Shown here piece after piece: positions 9,731-19,173 of a stretch of 64,000 nt of DNA. A program made the position numbers and the translations under genes. The notes beneath the pieces were generated by a model. It was not told the origin of the DNA. It was given only the letters and a program-made list of their open reading frames with translations, and did not search any database. Positions within the stretch are counted from its first letter, which is position 1. The number at the start of each line of letters is the position of its first letter. The stretch comes from Nitrosopumilus sp. (lineage in GTDB: Archaea > Thermoproteota > Nitrososphaeria > Nitrososphaerales > Nitrosopumilaceae), in NCBI GenBank assembly GCA_965224195.1, contig OZ245040.1, positions 448,001 to 512,000 of the forward strand, in the 5' to 3' direction.

Positions 9731-11260
9731 TTATACAAAGGATTTTTTCTTTATCTCTTTTGGCAAACTCTTTACAAAATATTTTAGAAATTTATCTTCT
9801 TTGTCAAAATGAATTTCAGAAAATTTATTGTTTGTAAAGAATTCATTCCATGTTTTCTCAAATACAGGAAGTTCATTTGGTTCAAAATCAATTCTAGAAG
9901 TTTCATGATGTGCTGCTGGAAAAATATCTGAAATCTCAATTGGTATTAATCCTAAAAGAGGATCATATTGGCAAACTTGAAATGATTCAAAATCTTTAAT
10001 TTTCTTTTTTAGTCTAATATATTCATGAGAAAGATATCCTGGTTTTGAACTTGATTCTTTGGTTATGACTAATTTCTTTTTCTTTGATTTAAATTTTCTA
10101 ACTGTTTTATGGAATGATTGAACTTCTGGTCTATATTGATCCTCTTTACTGAATAAGAAAATTGCTTTTTCTTTGAATTTTCGAGTTCCCAAACCTAAAA
10201 ATTCAGAGTTTTCAGTCATAACTTCAATCATCTCAAATAACTTTGGATGGGCCCTTGCTTTTTTAATTACATACTCCCATAACCTTCCTTCATGGATTGC
10301 CTGTTTTACTTTGTCAACTTCTAGTTTAATTGCATACAAATTATGAATTGCTAACTGGTTGATCTTTTCAGTGGCCTCTAATTGACGAAATTCATCTGGA
10401 GTATATTTTAAACATATTTCACAATTACATGGAAATATGGAAATATTTGATAAATATCGTGTACCATCATCTGTGATGTATCTGAGTTGTTTTGCATAAA
10501 GCATGTATGATGCTGAATCAAAAGTATCGCATCCCAAAGCTATTGCAAATGGTATGGTGAGAGGATGTCCTGCACCAAATAGATGTAAAGGAATTGAATG
10601 TGGCATCTGTTTTTTTGCCGCAACTATCATTTGTGCTAATAATCTATACTCATATGACTCCATAAATTCAACTGGACTTCCTAATGCAAGCATTTGAAAT
10701 CCCATTTTGACTAAACTTTTTGTAGATTTTCCAACAAGATCAAAATGCTCTCCTCCTTGAATTGGACCTATCCAAATTTGACCATTGTCTGCACTATCAT
10801 CTAGGGTTTGTTTACAAACATCTAGTGTGTGTTTAACATATGTTTCTGCTTTTTTAATTGGCATTCCATATCCTGTTGGCTTATCAAGTGGAATTGCAAA
10901 ATCAGTTAAGATACCTCTTTCAAAATTTGCCATGTCTGGTGGTAATACATCAACATCTCCATATTCAAGAACCTGATAACCTCCAGAATCTGTCATTATT
11001 CCACCATCAAAATTAATTATTTTGTGAATTCCTTTCTCAATTGCTTCATCACCATAACTATTTCTTGTAATGTAGGCATTGGTGATCACTAAATCAAAAC
11101 CAATCTCTTTAATTTTTTTAGATGGAATTGTCTGTTTGACTGGATGAATAACTGGCACATAAGCTGGAGTCTCAATTTTCCCATGATTGGTATACAAAGT
11201 TCCAATTCTTCCAGCTAAATCAGTTTTAGAGATTTCAAACAAGTAATTACACAAATTCAA
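9731..11260 (-). CDS. tgtA: archaeosine tRNA-guanine transglycosylase
   Basis: ETPAYVPV, MTDSGGYQ, HLFGAGHP and DTFDSASY motifs; zinc site CNCEIC...HN. Confidence 0.93.
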   Translation of the reverse strand: MNLCNYLFEISKTDLAGRIGTLYTNHGKIETPAYVPVIHPVKQTIPSKKIKEIGFDLVITNAYITRNSYGDEAIEKGIHKIINFDGGIMTDSGGYQVLEYGDVDVLPPDMANFERGILTDFAIPLDKPTGYGMPIKKAETYVKHTLDVCKQTLDDSADNGQIWIGPIQGGEHFDLVGKSTKSLVKMGFQMLALGSPVEFMESYEYRLLAQMIVAAKKQMPHSIPLHLFGAGHPLTIPFAIALGCDTFDSASYMLYAKQLRYITDDGTRYLSNISIFPCNCEICLKYTPDEFRQLEATEKINQLAIHNLYAIKLEVDKVKQAIHEGRLWEYVIKKARAHPKLFEMIEVMTENSEFLGLGTRKFKEKAIFLFSKEDQYRPEVQSFHKTVRKFKSKKKKLVITKESSSKPGYLSHEYIRLKKKIKDFESFQVCQYDPLLGLIPIEISDIFPAAHHETSRIDFEPNELPVFEKTWNEFFTNNKFSEIHFDKEDKFLKYFVKSLPKEIKKKSFV

Positions 11261-11273
11261 AGGTGTTATTTAA

Positions 11274-11822
11274 TCAATCAACAAAAAATTTTCCTAAATT
11301 ATTATTTTTTCTCACTAATTCTAGCCAATCTACCACTTCGTTTCCTTTTTTATTCATAATTGTACTCATAATTTTTTCAAATATTTCTACAATTGTTTTC
11401 CCACTAACGTTTATTTGAAATGTTTTTTCTTGAAATTTATCTATTGCATCATTTGCTATAATTCCTAAAATTTCACTACCTACATTATCTTTGATTTTTA
11501 CATTATCATATTTTCTATCTTCATAAACTGGAATCAAATCATATGGGCTCCTTCGTAACACTATCATTATCTTTACTTGGTTTTTTCTTAGAACATATGG
11601 TGCCAAATGCCCTACGATAATGTTATTTTCAGAAATTTTTGATTCAAGGATTTTTTCAAGTACTTCAACATCTACGTCATTTGTATCTCCATTTTTTTCA
11701 AATAGTTTTGAATCTTTTGCAATTTTATTAATATCAATTATTGCCAATTTCATTTTGTCAGCAATTAGTTGTGTGATTGTGTGCTTTCCTACACCTGGAT
11801 TACCTGTAATTACTATGGACAT
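11274..11822 (-). CDS. adenylate kinase AK6/Fap7-like P-loop kinase
   Basis: ITGNPGVGK P-loop; IIVGHL motif. Confidence 0.8.
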   Translation of the reverse strand: MSIVITGNPGVGKHTITQLIADKMKLAIIDINKIAKDSKLFEKNGDTNDVDVEVLEKILESKISENNIIVGHLAPYVLRKNQVKIMIVLRRSPYDLIPVYEDRKYDNVKIKDNVGSEILGIIANDAIDKFQEKTFQINVSGKTIVEIFEKIMSTIMNKKGNEVVDWLELVRKNNNLGKFFVD

Positions 11823-11886
11823 GATATGAAATCATGATTAACTAGATTAAACGATTTCTGCAATACTAATAAGTAGAATTAGATTT

Positions 11887-13083
11887 TTGATAGTATTGCA
11901 AATTGGTTTACTGGGAAAAGCAAATGTTGGTAAATCCACATTTTTCTCAGCTGCAACTGAAACACCTGTTGCAACAGGAAATTTTCCTTTTACAACGATT
12001 GAACCTAATGTGGGAGTCGCATATGTCAAAGCAGATTGTGCTTGCAAACATTTTGAAATTAAACATGAAAATGAATTATGTGTAAAAGGTACACGCTTTA
12101 TTCCTGTTAAACTCATTGATGTTGCAGGGTTAGTACCTGGAGCTCATGAAGGTAAAGGATTGGGAAATCAATTTCTTGATGATGCACGACAAGCTGAAGT
12201 TTTAATTCATGTTGTTGATATTGCTGGAACAACTGATATTCAAGGACAATCTGTTCCAGTTGGAACTCATGATCCGTTAGAAGATATATCTTTTGTACAA
12301 AATGAATTTGATCAATGGTTTGCAGATATTTTAAAAAGAGAATGGGATAAAATTACCCGAGAAATAGATCAAAAACGTGCAAAATTAACTGATGGTATTG
12401 CAAAAAGATTTTCTGGATTGGGAATTAAAGATTTTCAAGTTCAAGAAATTCTTCAAAAATTAGGATTTATGGCTAAAAATCCAAAAGAATGGATAGACAA
12501 TGATATTGAAACTTTTGTCAAAGAATTAAGAAAAAATACAAAACCAATGATTATTGCAGCAAACAAGGCAGATCTTTGTCAAGATTTGGACATAATTAAG
12601 AAAATTCCTGATAATGTAATTCCATGTAGTGCAGAAACTGAATTACTTTTACGAAAAGCATCAAAAGCTGGAATTGTAAATTATTCTTCTGGAGATGAAG
12701 GATTTATCCCTGTTGAAGGAAAAGAAATTCCTCCTCCACAACAAAAAGCACTTGATTTAGTAAAATCAGTTTTCTCAAAAATTGATTCAACAGGAATTCA
12801 AAAAATTTTAAACATTGCTGTTTTTGATTCTCTAAAATATATCGTTGTGTATCCTGTAGAAGATGAAACTAAACTTACTAACAAAGACGGAGTAATTTTA
12901 CCTGATACAAAATTAGTTCCAGAAGATTCTACTGCTAAAGATTTGGCAGAATTAATTCATGCAGATATTGCAAAGGGATTTTTACATGCAATAGATTGTA
13001 AAACAAAACAAAGGATTGGTGGAGATCAAAAACTCAGAAATGGTGATGTGATCAAAATTGTTTCTACGTTAAGTCGTGGTTGA
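11887..13083 (+). CDS. ychF: YchF/Obg-family translation-associated GTPase
   Basis: GKANVGKST, FPFTTIEPN, DVAGLV, NKAD; C-terminal TGS domain. Confidence 0.9.
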   Translation: MIVLQIGLLGKANVGKSTFFSAATETPVATGNFPFTTIEPNVGVAYVKADCACKHFEIKHENELCVKGTRFIPVKLIDVAGLVPGAHEGKGLGNQFLDDARQAEVLIHVVDIAGTTDIQGQSVPVGTHDPLEDISFVQNEFDQWFADILKREWDKITREIDQKRAKLTDGIAKRFSGLGIKDFQVQEILQKLGFMAKNPKEWIDNDIETFVKELRKNTKPMIIAANKADLCQDLDIIKKIPDNVIPCSAETELLLRKASKAGIVNYSSGDEGFIPVEGKEIPPPQQKALDLVKSVFSKIDSTGIQKILNIAVFDSLKYIVVYPVEDETKLTNKDGVILPDTKLVPEDSTAKDLAELIHADIAKGFLHAIDCKTKQRIGGDQKLRNGDVIKIVSTLSRG

Positions 13084-14068
13084 TATGCTGGGATTAGGAA
13101 TAGAAAGTACTGCTCACACATTTTCTTGTGCAATAATTGAAAAACGTGGAAAAAAAGGAAAAATTCTTTCAGATGTACGTAAAATCTATCGCCCTGAAGA
13201 GGGAGAGGGAATTCATCCTAGAGAGGCATCACGACATCATATTGAGAATAGTTCCCAAGTACTTTCTGATTGTCTTCAAGAAGCAAATACAACTGTCAAA
13301 GATTTAGATATTGTTTCATATGCTGCAGGTCCAGGACTGGGTCCATGTTTACGTGTGGGTGCAGTAGTTGCTAGATCTCTTTCTTCATATTACAAAATTC
13401 CAATATATCCAGTAAATCATGCAATTGGACATATTGAATTAGGAAAATTACTAACTGGCTCTACTAATCCTCTTGTACTTTTAGTCTCAGGAGGACATAC
13501 TATGCTTTTGGCATTTCTAAATAAGCAATGGAGAGTATTTGGAGAGACATTGGATATCACTTTAGGTCAATTATTAGATCAATTTGGACGTTCAATTGGG
13601 TTTGCATCTCCATGTGGAAAAAATATTGAAGAGTTAGCATCTACATCTTCAAATTATGTCACTTTACCATATTCTGTAAAAGGCAATGATGTATCTTTTT
13701 CTGGATTGTTATCTGCAACAAAATCTGCTGCAACAAAAAATAAAGTAGATGCTTGTTATTCACTTCAAGAAACTGCATTTGCTATGATAAGTGAGACAGT
13801 AGAACGTGCTCTATCTTTTACAAGAAAAAAGGAATTAATGATTGTTGGAGGAGTTGCTGCTAACAAACGACTATCTGAAATGCTAAAAGATGTTTGTAAA
13901 CGACATGGTTGTAAATTTTTTGTTGTTCCATTAAAATATGCTGGAGATTGTGGCAGTCAAATTTGCTGGACTGGTTTATTAGAATCTCAAATAAAATCTG
14001 GTGTGAAATTAAAAGATACATTTGTTACTCAATCTTGGAGATTAGATACTGTAAAAGTTGAATACTAA
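13076..14068 (+). CDS. kae1: KEOPS t6A threonylcarbamoyltransferase Kae1
   Basis: LGIESTAHT, GIHPREA, GPGLGPCL, VNHAIGHIE, VSGGHT. Confidence 0.95.
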   Translation: MVDMLGLGIESTAHTFSCAIIEKRGKKGKILSDVRKIYRPEEGEGIHPREASRHHIENSSQVLSDCLQEANTTVKDLDIVSYAAGPGLGPCLRVGAVVARSLSSYYKIPIYPVNHAIGHIELGKLLTGSTNPLVLLVSGGHTMLLAFLNKQWRVFGETLDITLGQLLDQFGRSIGFASPCGKNIEELASTSSNYVTLPYSVKGNDVSFSGLLSATKSAATKNKVDACYSLQETAFAMISETVERALSFTRKKELMIVGGVAANKRLSEMLKDVCKRHGCKFFVVPLKYAGDCGSQICWTGLLESQIKSGVKLKDTFVTQSWRLDTVKVEY

Positions 14069-14388
14069 TTTTTGTTTTTACTAATAGTTTGTTCGATATC
14101 TTTAACCCAACTTTTGGTATTGAATACCCCGAACTTGAAAGTTTGTTCTCCGTCATCTATTTTTGCTGTAAAACATACTTTTTTCATCAATAATCCTTCT
14201 TTCCATGTTTTTGTTACTTTATCTAATGAAATATCTAAAACTGTATCTCCAAAATGTTTAGAAAAATTCATTATTCTTGCATTAGTTTTATCAAATGCCA
14301 ATCTCTTGTTTGTTAATGTTAAAATCCCTGCTCCTAACTTATCCTCACTACAGTCTTCTTGTTTAATTCGTTTTTCCCCGTCATCCAT
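14065..14388 (-). CDS. PH/GRAM-like domain hypothetical protein
   Basis: GILTLTNKRLAF strand pattern and a terminal W-containing helix (KSWVKDIE). Confidence 0.6.
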   Translation of the reverse strand: MDDGEKRIKQEDCSEDKLGAGILTLTNKRLAFDKTNARIMNFSKHFGDTVLDISLDKVTKTWKEGLLMKKVCFTAKIDDGEQTFKFGVFNTKSWVKDIEQTISKNKN

Positions 14389-14419
14389 GATTAATTTTTA
14401 TTGAATTCTTCTGGTTATA

Positions 14420-15046
14420 ATGTTAATGAAATTAATCAAAAAAGGTGCTGAAGCAGATCTTTATCAAACTAAATGGCAAAATTCAAAGGCAATAGTAAAA
14501 ATTAGAAAAATCAAAACTTATAGAAATTCTTTACTTGATTCAAAAATTCGTAAACAAAGAACAATCAAAGAATCACAAATACTTTCACTTGTGAAATCAT
14601 TTGGAATACCTACACCTCTAGTGTATTTTGTAAATTTAGATGAAACATCAATCACTATGCAAGAAATTCTTGGAAAACCAGTACATGATTTATCTGAATC
14701 AAAAATTATTGAAGTATCTAAGGATATTGGAAAACTGGTAGGTACATTACATAAGAATGGAGTAATGCATGGTGATTTAACAACTTCAAATTTTATTTTA
14801 TTTAAAAATACTATTTTTGTAATTGATTTTGGATTATCTCAAATTTCAATAAAACCTGAAGATCATGCCGTTGACTTGAGATTAATTAAAGAAATTCTCA
14901 ATAGCGCTCATGCCAAAATCATGCTATCATCATGGAAAAATTTCCTTAGTGGGTACAAATCTGTCGTTGGTCATACCCGTTATTCCAAAATAACTAAACT
15001 AGTCTTAGAAATAGAAAGTCGTGGAAGATATGCAAAAGTTGTTTGA
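14420..15046 (+). CDS. bud32: KEOPS kinase Bud32
   Basis: KKGAEA, HGDLTTSN, IDFGL, RGRY. Confidence 0.95.
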   Translation: MLMKLIKKGAEADLYQTKWQNSKAIVKIRKIKTYRNSLLDSKIRKQRTIKESQILSLVKSFGIPTPLVYFVNLDETSITMQEILGKPVHDLSESKIIEVSKDIGKLVGTLHKNGVMHGDLTTSNFILFKNTIFVIDFGLSQISIKPEDHAVDLRLIKEILNSAHAKIMLSSWKNFLSGYKSVVGHTRYSKITKLVLEIESRGRYAKVV

Positions 15047-15578
15047 TCTATTTTTTGTCTCCTCTAATAGTCACAAATATCAAGAAGCAAAGATGATTTT
15101 AGATTCTCTAGGAATTAATCTTGGATTTTTAAAGTCAAATTTAGAAGAAATTCAATCACATTCACTTAATGCTATTGCAGTAGCAAAAGCAAAGGACGCA
15201 TTTTCTAAATTCAAAAAACCTATCATTATTGAAGATGATGGTTTGTTCATTGAATCAATTGATGGATTTCCAGGTCCATACTCGTCATATGTTTTTAAAA
15301 CGATTGGGAATAATGGAATTTTAAATCTGTTAAAAAATAATAGAAAAGCAAAATTTGTTTCAACCATTACTTATTGTGATAAAACAATTTTGCAATCATT
15401 TGAAGGGAAACTAGATGGAAAAATATCTAAAACTCAAAAAGGAAAAGGCTGGGGGTTTGATCCAATATTTATCCCCAATAATTCCAAGAAAACATTTGCG
15501 GAATTAAATAATAAAAATGAATTATCACATAGATACAAAGCACTAAAAAAATTCTCTAAATGGTATTTGCATAAGTAG
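15030..15578 (+). CDS. rdgB: RdgB/HAM1 non-canonical purine NTP pyrophosphatase
   Basis: SSNSHK, EDDGL, GFPGPYS, GFDPIF, SHR. Confidence 0.93.
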   Translation: MQKLFDLFFVSSNSHKYQEAKMILDSLGINLGFLKSNLEEIQSHSLNAIAVAKAKDAFSKFKKPIIIEDDGLFIESIDGFPGPYSSYVFKTIGNNGILNLLKNNRKAKFVSTITYCDKTILQSFEGKLDGKISKTQKGKGWGFDPIFIPNNSKKTFAELNNKNELSHRYKALKKFSKWYLHK

Positions 15579-16587
15579 GAATAAAACGATCAATAAACCG
15601 TTTATTATTTTGTAATATTGAGATTCTTGAAACAATACTCTCATCCATTATAGAAAATATTTTACTTTGCTTTGCTATTTCCTCACTAAATTTTTTCACT
15701 TCTTCCATCTCTAACATGTTTTCATATTCTAATCTGTTTGTTGAGCGTCCAATATGCATATATGATTTAATCTCAATAAAGTGTGGACTTGTTTTTCTAA
15801 ACATTTCTGCAAATGCTGGAATTGATTCTTTTTGATCATTATGATTCCTAATCAATGTAATTCTTAACACTGTTCTTGTTTTCAAATCTTTTAACATGTC
15901 AAGTGTTCTATTCCATCTTTCCCATGAATCATCATATCTTGGCTTGTTTATTTTTATAAATGACTCATAATCTGCAGCATTTGTTGATAGATACAATTGT
16001 GTCGGTAATGCATCTTCATCTTGTAATTTTTGAATCATATCTGGTTCTTGCCCATTAGTTACAAGAAAAATTGATTTTGTTGCTTCAAATGTTTTTAGAT
16101 ATTTAATTAATTCTGGAAGTTTGGGATACATTGTAGGTTCTCCAGAAAGTGAAATAGCATAATGTGCAGGCAATAAAGATTCATCTAATCTTTGTTTATC
16201 ATTTCTTGAATCTCCATAAAATCCATTAATCAATTTTTTTCGTTCAGCCATCAATTTTGTTAAAATTTGTTCTGGCTCTGCAACTTGTTCTGGCTTCATT
16301 TGCATTGAATCATAAAATTCCATTGGTCTCCAACAATATACACATCGATTTTCACAATACATACCAGCAGGAGAAAATTCCATACATCTATGAGTTGAAA
16401 TTCCATAAAACTTGTGTTTGTAACAACTACCTTCATGCTTGAATGATTTTTTTGTCCAATGACAAAGTCCTACAGTTGAATGATCTGCTACGCCATACTT
16501 TGCTTTTTTTAATTGTGCAGTAATTACAGGTCTGATTTGAAGTAATTGCTCATCTTCTTCTTCAACTGTTTCACCTGAACAACTCAT
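15556..16587 (-). CDS. taw1: 4-demethylwyosine synthase (radical SAM) Taw1/TYW1
   Basis: CHWTK, CYKHKFYGISTHRC, CENRCVYCWRP, SLSGEPT. Confidence 0.95.
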   Translation of the reverse strand: MSCSGETVEEEDEQLLQIRPVITAQLKKAKYGVADHSTVGLCHWTKKSFKHEGSCYKHKFYGISTHRCMEFSPAGMYCENRCVYCWRPMEFYDSMQMKPEQVAEPEQILTKLMAERKKLINGFYGDSRNDKQRLDESLLPAHYAISLSGEPTMYPKLPELIKYLKTFEATKSIFLVTNGQEPDMIQKLQDEDALPTQLYLSTNAADYESFIKINKPRYDDSWERWNRTLDMLKDLKTRTVLRITLIRNHNDQKESIPAFAEMFRKTSPHFIEIKSYMHIGRSTNRLEYENMLEMEEVKKFSEEIAKQSKIFSIMDESIVSRISILQNNKRFIDRFIPTYANTI

Positions 16588-16725
16588 TAGTTCAGATCGT
16601 GTTTTGGTTTACTTAAATTGATCGAGATTTTTGTCCAACATGGAAATTCTTTTCAAATTTATTGATATTTTTAGCCGATTCCAGAGTGAGGTTTAATAAC
16701 TGGATCCTCGACGTATTTTTAGGCT

Positions 16726-19161
16726 TTGAAAAAAATACACTCTGTATCATTCCTGTTCTTACTTGTGGCTACTTTGACCAGTGTGCCAATTAATCCAGTT
16801 TTTGCTGCTGATGACTTAGACAATGATGGCGTTGATGATTCTATAGATGCATGTCCTAATTTACAAGAAGATTATGAAGGAACTATAGATGGATGTCCAT
16901 CAAATTTTGTCCCATGGTATGATGAGGATTATGATGGAATTGAAGATCATATTGATCAATGTCCAAATCTCAAAGAACAATACAATAAATTTCAAGACGA
17001 AGACGGTTGTCCTGATAATCTTCCAGGAAGTGGAGATGGAGGGGCAGCAGATTCTGACGGTGATAGTATTATTGATTTGATAGATAATTGTCCAAACCAA
17101 CCAGAAACTTTCAATGGTATTGATGACATAGACGGTTGTCCTGACTCTTATGGTGCGGGTGATAGAGACTTGGATGGTGTTTCAGATTATATAGATGAAT
17201 GTCCACTAAGTGCTGAAACTTACAACAGATTCCAAGACGAAGACGGTTGTCCTGATTCTGTTAATGATTTTAATTTTGTAGATACTGATAATGATGGTAT
17301 TCAAGATAAAATTGATTTGTGTCCAACTGAACCTGAAGTGTATAATGGATACAGAGACACAGACGGTTGTCCAGACATTGCATTAGATATTTCATTTGAT
17401 GATAAAGACGGTGATGGCATTGCTGATCAATTTGATATTTGTCCAAACCAACCAGAAACTTTCAATAGATTTGCAGACTATGACGGTTGTCCAGATTCAC
17501 TTCCATTATTTGATGGAACACAAAATGATGCAGATGGTGATAGAATTATGGATGTTGATGATGCATGTCCATTAGATTTTGAAAGATACAATGGTTTCCA
17601 AGATGATGACGGTTGTCCAGACATACCACCTTATTCAAGTGATAATGATTCAGATCTTGACGGAATTCCAAATAGTATTGATCAATGTCCAAATGTAAAA
17701 GAAACTTACAACAGATTCCAAGACTATGACGGTTGTCCTGATTATCAAGGTGACAATAAAGGCACTCCAGATTCAGATGGTGATGGAATTAATGACTTTT
17801 CAGATTTATGTCCAAACCAACCAGAAACTTTCAATGGTGTGTTTGACAGAGACGGTTGTCCTGACAGTGATTCTACATCTGATAGAGACCAAGATGGTGT
17901 TCCAGATTATTTAGATGCATGTCCAACTGCTAAAGAAAATTACAATAATATTCAAGACGAAGACGGTTGTCCAGATGGCACATCCGGATTATCAGGATCT
18001 GACTTTGATGGTGATGGAATATTTGATTTGAATGACAAATGTCCTCTTGAACCAGAAACTGTAAATGGTTATCAAGATCAAGACGGTTGTCCAGATATTT
18101 CAGTTTTAGATACTGACGGTGACGGTATTAGAGATTCATTAGATCAATGCCCATCAACTGCAGAAACTTGGAATCGTTATCAAGATCAAGACGGTTGTCC
18201 TGACAATCCTTCTGAATCTGACTCCGATGCAGATGGTATATTAGATTCATTAGATCAATGTCCTCTTGACCGAGAAAGATACAATGGCTTCCAAGATGAT
18301 GACGGTTGTCCAGATTATCCTGATTTCATTACTTCATTAGATTCAGACTATGACGGTATTCCAGATTATTCTGATGAATGTCCTCTAGTTCCTGAAACTT
18401 ACAACAAATTCCAAGATCTAGACGGTTGTCCTGATTATCAAGGTGACAATAAAGGCACTCCAGATTCAGATGGTGATGGAATTAATGATTACAATGATCA
18501 CTGTCCAAACCAACCAGAAACATATAATGGAATTTTAGATCTAGACGGTTGTCCAGATAATTATATTTTAAGTCATGATAGAGATCAAGATGGAATCCCA
18601 GATGCAATTGATGCATGTCCAACCACTAAAGAAACTTACAACAAATTCCAAGATGATGACGGTTGTCCAGATTCTGTTTCAGAATCATTTGTAGTTGATT
18701 CAGATAATGATGGAATTAATGACGTTTATGATGATTGTCCTCTAGTTGCTGAAAATTATAATGGCTTCCAAGATGATGACGGTTGTCCAGATATTGATAA
18801 TACTCAACCTGACTCTGACGATGATGGTGTTCCAGATGCAATGGATATGTGTCCAGAACAAAATGAAGTTTGGAATAGATATGTTGACTATGACGGCTGT
18901 CCAGATACATTACCACTAGGTAACGTCATAATTGATAATGATGAAGATGGAATTAATGACGAAGTTGATTTATGTCCAAATGAACAAGAGTCTTGGAATA
19001 AATACAATGATCATGACGGTTGTCCCGACATTGCTCCAGAACAGTCTAGATACAAACATGATGCTGATTTAGATGATATTATTAATGAAAATGACATGTG
19101 TCCTCTAGAACCTGAGGATTATGATGGTGATAGAGATGCAGATGGATGTCCTGACCCATAG
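16726..19161 (+). CDS. secreted thrombospondin type-3 (Ca-binding) repeat protein 1
   Basis: Signal peptide followed by about 20 DxDxDG..D..D.CP...E.YN...D.DGCPD units. Confidence 0.88.
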   Translation: MKKIHSVSFLFLLVATLTSVPINPVFAADDLDNDGVDDSIDACPNLQEDYEGTIDGCPSNFVPWYDEDYDGIEDHIDQCPNLKEQYNKFQDEDGCPDNLPGSGDGGAADSDGDSIIDLIDNCPNQPETFNGIDDIDGCPDSYGAGDRDLDGVSDYIDECPLSAETYNRFQDEDGCPDSVNDFNFVDTDNDGIQDKIDLCPTEPEVYNGYRDTDGCPDIALDISFDDKDGDGIADQFDICPNQPETFNRFADYDGCPDSLPLFDGTQNDADGDRIMDVDDACPLDFERYNGFQDDDGCPDIPPYSSDNDSDLDGIPNSIDQCPNVKETYNRFQDYDGCPDYQGDNKGTPDSDGDGINDFSDLCPNQPETFNGVFDRDGCPDSDSTSDRDQDGVPDYLDACPTAKENYNNIQDEDGCPDGTSGLSGSDFDGDGIFDLNDKCPLEPETVNGYQDQDGCPDISVLDTDGDGIRDSLDQCPSTAETWNRYQDQDGCPDNPSESDSDADGILDSLDQCPLDRERYNGFQDDDGCPDYPDFITSLDSDYDGIPDYSDECPLVPETYNKFQDLDGCPDYQGDNKGTPDSDGDGINDYNDHCPNQPETYNGILDLDGCPDNYILSHDRDQDGIPDAIDACPTTKETYNKFQDDDGCPDSVSESFVVDSDNDGINDVYDDCPLVAENYNGFQDDDGCPDIDNTQPDSDDDGVPDAMDMCPEQNEVWNRYVDYDGCPDTLPLGNVIIDNDEDGINDEVDLCPNEQESWNKYNDHDGCPDIAPEQSRYKHDADLDDIINENDMCPLEPEDYDGDRDADGCPDP

Positions 19162-19173
19162 GTGTGTTTTAAA

